Source of the DNA: an uncultured Gemmatimonadales bacterium | GTDB taxonomy: Bacteria; Gemmatimonadota; Gemmatimonadetes; Gemmatimonadales; GWC2-71-9 | Direction of reading: 5' to 3' | Length of the DNA: 64,000 nt | Assembly: GCA_963821525.1 (NCBI GenBank) | Contig: CAWGED010000012.1 | Span: 32,001 to 96,000, forward strand | Part shown: one piece after another, positions 42,692 through 51,830 of the stretch | Position numbering within the stretch: position 1 is the stretch's first letter | How the letters are laid out: each line of letters starts with the position of its first letter | Notes under the pieces: generated by a model | Database searches by the model: none | The model's input: only the letters and a program-made list of their open reading frames with translations | Told to the model about the DNA's origin: nothing | Made by a program: the position numbers and the translations under genes

Positions 42692-42852
42692 GAGTAGGGA
42701 GTAGGGGGTAGGGAGTAGACGAACTGGCTGGTCATCGTCGCCCTCCGGGGAACTTCTCCGGAGGGCTTTGCGTTGCCCCTCCGGGCCGCGACCTCTCACG
42801 CCCCCTACTCCCTACCCCCTACTCCCTACTCCCTACCCCAGACTCCCCTACT
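42692..42852. repeat. Inverted heptamer tracts (GGGAGTA)n ... (TACTCCC)n; 27-bp perfect inverted repeat
   Basis: 42692-42718 is the exact reverse complement of 42805-42831. Confidence 0.93.
42740..42769 (+). terminator. Hairpin, candidate intrinsic terminator after the sigma gene
   Basis: gccctccggggaa-c-ttctccggagggc-ttt. Confidence 0.6.
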
Positions 42853-42860
42853 TTCCAACC

Positions 42861-43508
42861 ATGCTCCCGCTCTTTCCCCTCACAACCGTGCTGTTTCCCG
42901 GCGCCCCGATGCCGCTCCACATCTTCGAGCCCCGCTACCGGCAGATGCTGGCGGACTGTCTCGAGGGCGACCGCCGCTTCGGGCTGGTGCCCGGAGAGCA
43001 GGCGGAACCGGGGGCAGTAGGCTGTATCGCCCACATCCGGGTGGCGCAGCCACTAGCCGACGGCAGGTCCAACATCGTCGTCATGGGGGAGAAGCGATTC
43101 AGGCTGCTCGCTGTCGAAGCCGCGGAGCATCCATACTTGATGGGTCGAACCGAGGACTATGAGGATCGGCCCGAGAGCGCGCCCACGTCCCAGGACCAGA
43201 GCGTCCTTATCGACCTCGCGGGGCGGTACCGCGAGTTGCTCCGAGTGCTGATGGACGGGGCCGGTGAGTCAGCCGAGTGGTCCAGCGAGCCAGTCCCGCT
43301 CTCATTTCAGGTCGCTGCCCTGCTGGAAGCTCCACTCGAGATTCGGGTGCGGCTGCTCGCGACTCGTTCCACCACCGCGCGGGTCAAGGTGCTCATCGAA
43401 GTGCTCCCTCCGTTGCTGCGCGAGGCGAGTACCCGGGTCGAGGTCCATCTCCGCGCGCCCAGCAACGGGGTGGGCGGCCCTCATCACGAGATCGTCGCAG
43501 AGGGATGA
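42861..43508 (+). CDS. LON peptidase substrate-binding domain protein
   Basis: LPLFPL..VLFPG..MPLHIFEPRYRQM, DGRSNI. Confidence 0.93.
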   Translation: MLPLFPLTTVLFPGAPMPLHIFEPRYRQMLADCLEGDRRFGLVPGEQAEPGAVGCIAHIRVAQPLADGRSNIVVMGEKRFRLLAVEAAEHPYLMGRTEDYEDRPESAPTSQDQSVLIDLAGRYRELLRVLMDGAGESAEWSSEPVPLSFQVAALLEAPLEIRVRLLATRSTTARVKVLIEVLPPLLREASTRVEVHLRAPSNGVGGPHHEIVAEG

Positions 43509-44920
43509 AGCCGGATCTTGGCGAGCGGCTGAGTCGTATCGTCGGACCTCGCTGGGTCCGAACCCGGGCCGCCGAGCTCGCCACGTACCGGGCCGACGGC
43601 CTCCCAACTCACGAATCCACTCCTGGCCTCGTGGTGCTGCCGGGATCCCGTGCCGAGGTGATCGAGCTGCTGCGGGAGCTCAGGGACCGCGGCGTGCCCT
43701 TCGTGGCCCGGGGCGCCGGCACCGGACTCTCGGGCGGAGCTCTGGCCAATCCGGATACCGTTCTCATCACCCTCACGCGCTTGAACCGGATTCTGGCGAT
43801 TCAACCGGAACGGCGCCGTGCCGTGGTCGAACCCGGCGTCGTGAACCTTCGGCTCTCCGAGGCGGCCCAGAAATTCGGGCTGCACTACGTCCCCGACCCC
43901 TCGAGTCAGAGCGCCTGCACCATCGGAGGGAACGTGGCGGAAAATGCCGGCGGGCCGCACTGCCTCAAGTACGGCGTCACCACGAACCACGTCACCGAAG
44001 TGGAGGTCGTGCTGCCCAGCGGTGACACGGTTCATCTGGGTTCCCCGCATGGAGAGCCCTGGGGACCAGACCTGGTCGGCTTGTTTGTCGGGAGCGAGGG
44101 GATGTTCGGCGTGGCCGTCTCCATCACCGTTCGGCTCGAACCGATCCCCGCCGCGGTGCGCACGGTGTTCGCCGAGTTTCTGGCGCTGCGCGACGCGAGC
44201 GAGGCGGTGACCGCGATCGTCTCCTCGGGAATCGTTCCCGCGGCACTGGAGATGATGGACCAGTCCTGCATCGCGGCGGTGGAAGCTTCCATCTACGCCA
44301 CCGGTGCCCGGACCGATGCGGCGGCGGTGCTGCTCGTGGAGCTGGATGGCTCCGAGCGCACCGTCGAGGCTGAGTCGGCGATCATCGAGCGGCTGCTGCG
44401 TGAAAACGGAGCGCGAGACGTGCGGAGCGCATCGACCGCCTCCGACCGGGCCCGGCTGTGGCAAGGCAGGAAGAAGGCGTTCGGAGCATTGGGACGGCTG
44501 GCACCGGACCTCGCGGTTCAGGATGCGGTGGTGCCCCGCTCCGCCTTGCCCGATGTCCTGGACCGAATCGCGGGCATTCGGGATCGGCTGGGCATTCGGA
44601 TAAGTAACGTATTCCACGCGGGCGACGGTAATTTGCATCCTTGCATCAGCTTCGACCGGCGCCAGCCGGGACTCACGGCGAAGGTCGAGGAAGCCAGCCG
44701 GGAGATCATGCGGGTCTGTCTCGACGCCGGCGGAAGTATCACCGGCGAGCACGGAGTAGGATCGGACAAGATGGATTACATGCCGTGGGCCTTCAGCGCG
44801 GCGTCTCTCGAAGCGATGTGCGCGGTACGGCGGGTCTTCGATCCCGATAACCGGGCAAATCCCGGCAAGGTCTTCCCCCTGCACACCTGCCGGGAGTGGC
44901 GGCAGGCAGGAGTCGCATGA
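43505..44920 (+). CDS. glcD: Glycolate oxidase FAD subunit GlcD-like
   Basis: RGAGTGLSGG, PDPSS, NAGG..CLKYG, HAGDGNLH, GEHGVG. Confidence 0.9.
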   Translation: MKPDLGERLSRIVGPRWVRTRAAELATYRADGLPTHESTPGLVVLPGSRAEVIELLRELRDRGVPFVARGAGTGLSGGALANPDTVLITLTRLNRILAIQPERRRAVVEPGVVNLRLSEAAQKFGLHYVPDPSSQSACTIGGNVAENAGGPHCLKYGVTTNHVTEVEVVLPSGDTVHLGSPHGEPWGPDLVGLFVGSEGMFGVAVSITVRLEPIPAAVRTVFAEFLALRDASEAVTAIVSSGIVPAALEMMDQSCIAAVEASIYATGARTDAAAVLLVELDGSERTVEAESAIIERLLRENGARDVRSASTASDRARLWQGRKKAFGALGRLAPDLAVQDAVVPRSALPDVLDRIAGIRDRLGIRISNVFHAGDGNLHPCISFDRRQPGLTAKVEEASREIMRVCLDAGGSITGEHGVGSDKMDYMPWAFSAASLEAMCAVRRVFDPDNRANPGKVFPLHTCREWRQAGVA

Positions 44921-46131
44921 GCGAGGCGCTGTATACTCGGCTTCAGGCGCTGCTCGGACCGGGCGGTGTCGAGCGTGACGCCAAGGGGCTCCCCCGTGCG
45001 GTGCCCGAGAGCGATGACGCCCTCGCGATGGTCTGTGCTCTCGCGAGCGAGGAGGGGTGGAAGGTCCGGCTCGAGGGAGCCGGCACCTGGCTCCCCGCGG
45101 ACGCCCCGGCCGATCTGAGCCTCAGCACGAGAAGCCTCAATCGGTTGATCGCCTTGAATCCGGCCGACCTGGTCGCGACGGTGCAGCCCGGGATGCCGAT
45201 CGAAGCGCTGCAGAGCGAGCTGTTCGCCAAGGGCATGTGGCTCGCCATGGATCCTCCGGGGAGACCCGAGCGCACCATCGGATCCATCGTCGCGACCGGA
45301 ACCGCCGGACCGCTGCGGCATGGATTCGGTCCGGTGCGAGATCATGTGCTGGGTTGTACCGCGGCTACCGGAGACGGACGCCTGGTCAGCGCGGGAGGAC
45401 GGGTCGTAAAGAACGTCGCCGGTTACGATCTGACCAAGCTTCACGTCGGCGGCTTCGGTGGATTCGGCGCCATCGCGGAGCTGCACCTTCGACTGCGCGC
45501 CCTGCCCGAGGTTGATAGCACACTGCTCGCGCGGGGGACGAGGGATGCGATGGTCCGGGCCGGGCGTGATGCACGGGAAGCCCAGTCGGCAGCCGTGGCA
45601 TTGGAGCTCTTCTCGCCCGCCCTGGCGGCGGACGCGGAGTGGGTGCTCGCCGCGCGGCTGATCGGAGCCACTGCGGCGGTCGAGGCGGAGCGTGAACGGC
45701 TCGCCAAGGCGACCGGGCTCACCTGGGATCCCGTAGCCTCTCAGAGAGAGAGTGCCTTCTGGGGATTGGCAGCCCGAGGGGCCCTCGCGGGTCCGCTCAC
45801 CCTCAGGTTGGGCGTCCTGTTCGATGGCATGGACGACGCGCTCGATCTGGTCCGGGAGCACTTCGATGAAGGCCTGGTTTCGGCAGGCTTGGGAAGCGGC
45901 AGCATTCGCTGGACCGGCGACGTGCCTACCGATCGCCTCGTCACCCTGCGGCGCATCGCGGCGACCCGCGAAATCCCGGTAACGCTGGAGCGGGCGCCAT
46001 GGGGAGTCCGCCAATCAGTCGGTCATTTCGGTGCGTATCGAGAAGGCGTGGGACAACTGGTAGGACGCTTGCGCGAAACGTTTGATCCGCGTGGATGCCT
46101 CTCGGTCGCACTCGAGGGCAGCGTTTCGTGA
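44917..46131 (+). CDS. glcE: Glycolate oxidase subunit GlcE-like
   Basis: GGRVVKNVAGYDL; between glcD and glcF. Confidence 0.87.
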   Translation: MSEALYTRLQALLGPGGVERDAKGLPRAVPESDDALAMVCALASEEGWKVRLEGAGTWLPADAPADLSLSTRSLNRLIALNPADLVATVQPGMPIEALQSELFAKGMWLAMDPPGRPERTIGSIVATGTAGPLRHGFGPVRDHVLGCTAATGDGRLVSAGGRVVKNVAGYDLTKLHVGGFGGFGAIAELHLRLRALPEVDSTLLARGTRDAMVRAGRDAREAQSAAVALELFSPALAADAEWVLAARLIGATAAVEAERERLAKATGLTWDPVASQRESAFWGLAARGALAGPLTLRLGVLFDGMDDALDLVREHFDEGLVSAGLGSGSIRWTGDVPTDRLVTLRRIAATREIPVTLERAPWGVRQSVGHFGAYREGVGQLVGRLRETFDPRGCLSVALEGSVS

Positions 46132-47366
46132 CCCTGGATCTGACATCGCTCGATCCCTGCGTGCACTGCGGATTCTGCCTGCCGGCATGCCCAACCTACG
46201 CCGTCACCGGAGACGAAGCGGACAGTCCGCGCGGCCGGATCGTGCTCATGCGCTCGCTGGAACGAAACGAGATTCCAGCGGATGATCCCGCTGCCCGTCA
46301 ACACCTCGATACCTGCCTCGGCTGCCGGGGCTGCGAGCCGGTCTGTCCTTCTGGCGTGGGATACGGACGTGGCCTCGAGGCAACCCGGGAGCTCCTCGCG
46401 CAGCAGAACGGCATCCCGCCAGTCGCGCGCCTACTGCTCGGAACATTCGGGAATTCGCTCTGGGGAAAGCCCTTCTTCTTCCTGCTGAAGACGCTGCGGA
46501 ACCTCGGTCTGGCCGATTCGCTGAGTGGGAGCGGACGGATCGGTTTCGGTCTGGGGATGATCGCGGCCACCAAACCGGTCCACCGGGAAAGCCCCACGGC
46601 ACCCCGAGTTCCGGGCGGTTCACGAGGCACGGTCCGGATCTTCACCGGCTGCATCATGAACGGATTGTTCTCCCACGTTCACGCGGCGACTCGCCGAACC
46701 CTCGAGGCGAATGGTTATCAGGTAGTCGAGACAGAAGGACAGCTCTGCTGCGGCGCCCTGCACGCCCATGCCGGCGACCATCCCGGTGCGGTTCGTCTTG
46801 CCCGCGCCAATCTCGCGGCGTTCGGGCCCGGCAGCGAACCAGTGGTAGTAAACAGCGCGGGGTGCGGTGCTCTGCTCAAGGACTACGGGCATCTGCTAGG
46901 CACGGCGGAGGGGAAAGCCTTCGGCAACCGGGTGCGTGACGTTTCGGAGCTCCTTGCCGATGCAGGGCCAGTCCCCGGCGGAGAGCTTTCACTCGAGGTC
47001 GCGTACGACGCCCCTTGCCACCTGCAGCACGCTCAGCGAGTCCAGGCTGCGCCGCTGGCTGTCCTGAACGCCGTTCCGGGACTCAGGCTCCGGGTGCTGC
47101 CTGACTCGGACCGCTGTTGTGGCAGCGCCGGCATCTTCTCCGCCCTGCAGCCCGCCATGTCGCGAGCGGTTCTGGAGACCAAGATCTCGTCATTTGCCGA
47201 AGCCACACCTCGGCTCGATTTCGTGGCTACTGGGAATCCAGGCTGTCACATGCAAATCGGAGCCGGGCTGCGCGCCGCTCGTCTCCCGATCCAGGTGGCC
47301 CACCCGGTCGAGCTGCTGGATTGGTCGTACGAGGTGGGGGGAGTGTATGGGAGAGGGCTGAGATAA
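46128..47366 (+). CDS. glcF: Glycolate oxidase Fe-S subunit GlcF-like
   Basis: CVHCGFCLPACP, CLGCRGCEPVCPSGV, two CCG domains. Confidence 0.92.
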   Translation: MTLDLTSLDPCVHCGFCLPACPTYAVTGDEADSPRGRIVLMRSLERNEIPADDPAARQHLDTCLGCRGCEPVCPSGVGYGRGLEATRELLAQQNGIPPVARLLLGTFGNSLWGKPFFFLLKTLRNLGLADSLSGSGRIGFGLGMIAATKPVHRESPTAPRVPGGSRGTVRIFTGCIMNGLFSHVHAATRRTLEANGYQVVETEGQLCCGALHAHAGDHPGAVRLARANLAAFGPGSEPVVVNSAGCGALLKDYGHLLGTAEGKAFGNRVRDVSELLADAGPVPGGELSLEVAYDAPCHLQHAQRVQAAPLAVLNAVPGLRLRVLPDSDRCCGSAGIFSALQPAMSRAVLETKISSFAEATPRLDFVATGNPGCHMQIGAGLRAARLPIQVAHPVELLDWSYEVGGVYGRGLR

Positions 47367-47367
47367 A

Positions 47368-47421
47368 AGGACTGAGGACTGAGGAGGGGATCGCACTCCC
47401 TACCCCTCAGTCCTCAGTCCT
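47368..47421. repeat. Inverted heptamer tracts (AGGACTG)n ... (CAGTCCT)n; 17-bp inverted repeat
   Basis: 47368-47384 is the reverse complement of 47405-47421. Confidence 0.88.
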
Positions 47422-47451
47422 TTCTCCTCACTACTGCTGCTACTTTTCAGG

Positions 47452-48111
47452 ATGGACCGCGCCATCCTCTTCGATTTCAATGGGGTCATCGTCGATGACG
47501 AACCCCAGCATTGCGACGCGCTGATCGCGACGCTCGCTGAGTACGGTCTCCCGCTCAGCCGCGACGACTACTATCGCGATTACCTCGGCTTCGACGACAG
47601 GGAGTGTTTCCGGTTCGCCTTCGAGGGGAACCGGCTTCGGGCCGACGACGGTGTGCTCGATCACGCGATCGAGCGCAAAGCAACCCTGTATGAGAAGGCC
47701 ATTCGCCAATCCATGACGCTCGTGCCAGGCTCAACCGACTTCATTCGGGACGCGTCCCGCAGGGGCTATCGTCTCGCCGTTGTCTCCGGCGCGTTGCGCC
47801 GGGAGATAGAGCTGGTGCTGTCGCTCGCCGGATTGCGAGACTTGTTCGGGGTGGTGATTGCCTCGGAAGACGTGAATGCCTGCAAGCCCGATCCCCAAGG
47901 CTACGAGCGGGCGCGCGTGACGCTGGCACTGCCCTCCGAACGATGCGTGATCATCGAGGACTCCCTTCCCGGCTTGGGCGCCGCCCGCCGAGCAGGCATT
48001 CGCTGTGCAATGGTCGCGACTTCCCATTCGGCGACTGATCTGCGGGCTGCCGACCTGGTATGGCAGGACCTCCGGGGCCACACCGCCGACGAACTGCCCT
48101 GGTCCGCATGA
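47452..48111 (+). CDS. HAD family phosphatase
   Basis: FDFNGVI, VSG, KPDP, IEDS. Confidence 0.9.
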   Translation: MDRAILFDFNGVIVDDEPQHCDALIATLAEYGLPLSRDDYYRDYLGFDDRECFRFAFEGNRLRADDGVLDHAIERKATLYEKAIRQSMTLVPGSTDFIRDASRRGYRLAVVSGALRREIELVLSLAGLRDLFGVVIASEDVNACKPDPQGYERARVTLALPSERCVIIEDSLPGLGAARRAGIRCAMVATSHSATDLRAADLVWQDLRGHTADELPWSA

Positions 48112-49097
48112 GCGCTCCCCGGGTTTCCCTCGATCGCGCGCGGCTCGACCGCCTCCGCCAGGGGGCGGTTGTGGTTCGGACCGAGCCTGCGGCGTTCAAT
48201 GTGACCGGCATGGGGGCACTCCAGTGTCTCCAGGGATTGCTCACCAACGACCTCGTCAAACCGGGTGATCACAGCCTCGTGTATGGGGCGCTGCTTACTC
48301 CGAAGGGGATGATCGTGGTGGATTTCTGGGTGCTGCGGCGGCCCCAGGGGTTCCTGCTGCTGGCGGAGCGCGATGGCCGCGAGGCCGCCCTCGATCTCTT
48401 CCAGCGCCAGTTACCGCCCCGACTGGCCCGGATGGAAGATCTCACCGGGCAAGTGAGCGCGCTCTGGTTGTTCGGCGAGAATGTGCTGGGTACCCTGCGC
48501 TTCTCCCGAATCGGACCCGTGCCCGAAGCCGAAGGCCGACTCGCCGAAGGTGCCCCCGACTCCGAACTCTTGATTGCGAGGCCCCACGCCAAGGCACCGT
48601 TTCAAGCGCTGGTGACGGGAGCCAATGACGAAATCGAGAAGGCAATCGCGACGCTCACCAGGGCCGGGGCAACCGTGGGAGACGAGCGGGAGACGGCGGC
48701 GGCCCGGATCCTCGCGGGCTGGCCCGCACTGGGTGCCGAGATAGGAGAAAAGACGCTGCCCCAGGAAGTCCGCTATGACGAACTGGATGGGGTCTCGTAT
48801 ACCAAGGGTTGCTATACCGGGCAGGAGACAGTGGCCCGGTTGCACTTCCGCGGCCACACTAATCGTGGGCTGCGCGGGCTTATCTGGCAGGAGGGAGACC
48901 TGCCTCCGGGGAGTTCGGTTACCACCGATGATGGCAAGGAAGTCGGCACCGTGCGCTCCACCCTCTTCCTTCCCGACCGATCGGTGGCGCTCGCGCTGCT
49001 TCGTCGCGAGGTGGAACCAGGGTCCTTTGTGACCGCGTCGGGCCGGCCGGCAATCGTCGTCGCCCTGCCCTTCGACGTAGACCTGCTGCTCGCGTGA
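48108..49097 (+). CDS. ygfZ: YgfZ/GcvT-like folate-binding protein
   Basis: LQGLLTND, KGCYTGQE. Confidence 0.92.
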   Translation: MSAPRVSLDRARLDRLRQGAVVVRTEPAAFNVTGMGALQCLQGLLTNDLVKPGDHSLVYGALLTPKGMIVVDFWVLRRPQGFLLLAERDGREAALDLFQRQLPPRLARMEDLTGQVSALWLFGENVLGTLRFSRIGPVPEAEGRLAEGAPDSELLIARPHAKAPFQALVTGANDEIEKAIATLTRAGATVGDERETAAARILAGWPALGAEIGEKTLPQEVRYDELDGVSYTKGCYTGQETVARLHFRGHTNRGLRGLIWQEGDLPPGSSVTTDDGKEVGTVRSTLFLPDRSVALALLRREVEPGSFVTASGRPAIVVALPFDVDLLLA

Positions 49098-49124
49098 TCC
49101 AGATCACTATTCCATGAAACACAA

Positions 49125-49144
49125 GGGCCGCCTTGTGGCGGCCC
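49125..49144. terminator. Hairpin between convergent genes
   Basis: gggccgcc-ttgt-ggcggccc; T-rich tail on minus strand. Confidence 0.6.
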
Positions 49145-49177
49145 CCGAGCGGCGATTCAGCAATTGCGACCAGGCGA

Positions 49178-49342
49178 TTACATCGAGTGCGCGGTGTCGC
49201 GGGGCATGCTGTCCGGCTTCATGGCGCCTGAGTCGGCCGGTGCCGGCGCACCCATAGTCGAGTCGGCCGGCGGAGTCTGGGCCTTCTTCGGACCGCACGC
49301 CGTCAGAGCAAGCAGGGCGGCCAGCGTGAGAACCTTCTTCAT
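49178..49342 (-). CDS. Small 54-aa lipoprotein (not in ORF track)
   Basis: MKKVLTLAALLALTAC GPKKAQTPPADSTMGAPAPADSGAMKPDSMPRDTAHSM; SD aggag; followed by hairpin. Confidence 0.82.
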   Translation of the reverse strand: MKKVLTLAALLALTACGPKKAQTPPADSTMGAPAPADSGAMKPDSMPRDTAHSM

Positions 49343-49512
49343 TGGGACTCCTCTAAGGTTACGAGTGATGCACAGCTAGGCTCGAGCCCCGTCATGGGGC
49401 GACAAACCGCGCGCAAGTTTATTAGCGAGTGCTCCATTGTCAAGCACCGGGGACCGGCTTGGTCATGCGTTACATTTTCCTCGGGTCGCCAGTCCCTACT
49501 AATCTTATACTC

Positions 49513-50982
49513 ATGTCCACCCTTCCCCAGACCCTCGGCGAACTCAAACGTAGCCGCTGGGCCGAGCCACCGCTGCGCGGCCGGTCGGTGCGCGACGAAA
49601 TCCGCGCCAACGTCCTGCGCATGATACAATCCGGCGAAGACCTCTTCCCCGGCATCGTGGGCTACGAAGACACCATCGAGCCCCAGCTGATCAACGCCCT
49701 GCTCGCCCGACATCCCATCATTCTCCTCGGCCTCCGAGGCCAGGCCAAGAGCAGGATTCTGCGACAACTCACCCGCTTTCTGGACGAGGTGATTCCCATC
49801 CTCGAGGGGAGCGAGGTGAACGATGACCCCTTCGCGCCGATCTCCAAGTTTGCCCGGGAGCGAATCGCGCAGTGCGGCGACGCTACGCCGATTGACTGGC
49901 TGCACCGGGACAACCGCTACGTCGAGAAGCTGGCCACCCCGGACGTGACCATCGCGGACATCATCGGGGACGTGGATCCGATCAAGGCCGCCCGCGGCGG
50001 GCACCTCCTGGCCGACGAGCTCAGCATGCACTTCGGTCTGCTGCCCCGTGCGAATCGTGGCATCTTCGCCATCAACGAGCTGCCGGATTTGAGCGGCAAG
50101 ATCCAGGTGGGCCTGTTCAACATCATGCAGGAAGGCGACGTCCAGATCAAAGGCTATCCGGTCCGCCTGCCGCTGGACGTAATGCTCGCCTTTACGGCGA
50201 ACCCCGAGGACTACACCGCCCGCGGCAAGATCATCACACCGCTCAAGGACCGGATCGGATCCGAGATCACGACCCACTATCCCCGCTCGGTGGAACTGGG
50301 GATGGCGATCACCGCGCAGGAAGCATGGTCCGAGCGCGGAGGCTTGCCGCTGGATCTTCCCGACTTCGTGCTCGAGCTGATCGAACGTGTAGCGTTCGAA
50401 GGCCGCGAGGACAAGCGGGTGGACAAGCGCTCCGGAGTGAGCCAGCGGCTGCCTATCAGCCTACTGGAGCACGTGATCTCCAATGCGGAGCGCCGCTCAC
50501 TCACTCACAGCGAGCCGAGGGTGACCCCAAGGGTGAGCGACGTGTACGCCTCGGTGCCGTCCATTACCGGCAAGCTGGAGCTGGAATACGAGGGAGAGCT
50601 GCAGGGCGGCGAGTCCATCGCGAAGGAACTCATCCGTCGCGCCGCCGGTCACACGCTGGAGGAACGGTTGGGAGGGCGCAACCTTGATCGCGTGGTGGCC
50701 TGGTTCGACCAGGGTGGCGCGCTCAAGGTGAGCGGGGACGAGCGGAGCGAGGTGTATCTCAAGGGACTGCGGGTGGTGCCGGATCTGTGCGACGCCGCGA
50801 CCGATGCTGGGCTGGCCGAGGGCCGCGACTCAGCGCGACTCGTTGCCGCGTGCGAACTGATCCTGGAAGGACTCGCGGCGGAGAAGCGGATCAGCCGCAA
50901 TGAGGAGGTGGGATATACCCGCGCGAAGCCGGAGAGACGGGAGCCGGGTGGGGGATATCAGAAGGGGCTGGGGTTGGGGTAA
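49513..50982 (+). CDS. Mg-chelatase-I/MoxR-like AAA+ ATPase
   Basis: GLRGQAKS, ANRGIFAINELPDL, ANPEDYT.RG, LKDR. Confidence 0.88.
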   Translation: MSTLPQTLGELKRSRWAEPPLRGRSVRDEIRANVLRMIQSGEDLFPGIVGYEDTIEPQLINALLARHPIILLGLRGQAKSRILRQLTRFLDEVIPILEGSEVNDDPFAPISKFARERIAQCGDATPIDWLHRDNRYVEKLATPDVTIADIIGDVDPIKAARGGHLLADELSMHFGLLPRANRGIFAINELPDLSGKIQVGLFNIMQEGDVQIKGYPVRLPLDVMLAFTANPEDYTARGKIITPLKDRIGSEITTHYPRSVELGMAITAQEAWSERGGLPLDLPDFVLELIERVAFEGREDKRVDKRSGVSQRLPISLLEHVISNAERRSLTHSEPRVTPRVSDVYASVPSITGKLELEYEGELQGGESIAKELIRRAAGHTLEERLGGRNLDRVVAWFDQGGALKVSGDERSEVYLKGLRVVPDLCDAATDAGLAEGRDSARLVAACELILEGLAAEKRISRNEEVGYTRAKPERREPGGGYQKGLGLG

Positions 50983-50985
50983 ATG

Positions 50986-51072
50986 GCAGATTGAAGATTT
51001 CAGATTGACCGATTGCCGATTGAACGGCGGCTCGCAAAAATCGGCAGTCAGCAATCTTCAATCTGCAATCTT
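50986..51072. repeat. Inverted heptamer tracts (AGATTGM)n ... (KCAATCT)n
   Basis: gcagattgaagatttcagattg ... gcaatcttcaatctgcaatct. Confidence 0.85.
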
Positions 51073-51086
51073 CCAACTCTGAATTC

Positions 51087-51710
51087 CTACCAACCTCTCG
51101 CCCTCGCCAGTCCCACCACTACCTCCGCGGCGCCCTCGAATCCCAGCAGCCCCGTGTTGAGAATCGCGTGATAGTGAGCAGGATCGTCCCAGTCCCGTCC
51201 GTAGTACTCCTTGTGATATCGGGACCGGCGAGCGTCAATCTCGTCCATGTATTTCTCGGCCGCACGAGGATCGAGCTTCTCGGCCTGGGCGGCGTACTTC
51301 GCGCGGAATTCGCGCGGCGCCACCAGCTTCACGTGCAGAGCGTCGGTCAGCTGGCCGATTACTGCCGGCGCTGCACGGCCCACCAGGACAGCCCGACCCT
51401 CCGCCGCCACTTCCTTCACCACCGCCTCGGTGATCCGAACCAGGCTGGGCTCGTCTCTCGGCAGCGCGGCAGCTCCCAGCTCGGGGACCGCCAGCTCCTG
51501 CGATGAGACCGCAAGCGTGCGAGCCAGCCGTTCGATGAAGCTGGGGGCCCGCTCCTCCTGACGCGCCACCTCCACCGGTGAGAGCTTGGCGCGCTCCGCC
51601 ACCCGGTCGATGATCTCGTTGTCCACCACGGACCAGCCGAGCCGCGCGGCGACCAATCGCGCCACCTCGGAACCGCCTGCCCCGTACTGTCGGGAGATCG
51701 TGATGACCAT
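51087..51710 (-). CDS. Cytidylate kinase-like family protein
   Basis: ITISRQYGAGG, VLVGR, R..Y..YYG.DW. Confidence 0.9.
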   Translation of the reverse strand: MVITISRQYGAGGSEVARLVAARLGWSVVDNEIIDRVAERAKLSPVEVARQEERAPSFIERLARTLAVSSQELAVPELGAAALPRDEPSLVRITEAVVKEVAAEGRAVLVGRAAPAVIGQLTDALHVKLVAPREFRAKYAAQAEKLDPRAAEKYMDEIDARRSRYHKEYYGRDWDDPAHYHAILNTGLLGFEGAAEVVVGLARARGW

Positions 51711-51745
51711 GGGTGAGAAGCTACGGTTAGTGGTGGATGTGGACA

Positions 51746-51830
51746 ACGTGAGATGTGAGAGGTGAGAAGTGAGAGGGAACTGCACTGAGGATGCCTTCAC
51801 CTCTCACGTCTCACCTCTCACCTCTCACGT
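51746..51830. repeat. Inverted heptamer tracts (ANGTGAG)n ... (CTCACST)n
   Basis: acgtgag atgtgag aggtgag aagtgag ... ttcacct ctcacgt ctcacct ctcacct ctcacgt. Confidence 0.92.

Noticed and set aside
49513..50982. Photosynthetic bchI
   Set aside because: No bchD/bchH or other photosynthesis genes; the sequence fits the VWA-associated ChlI-like family.
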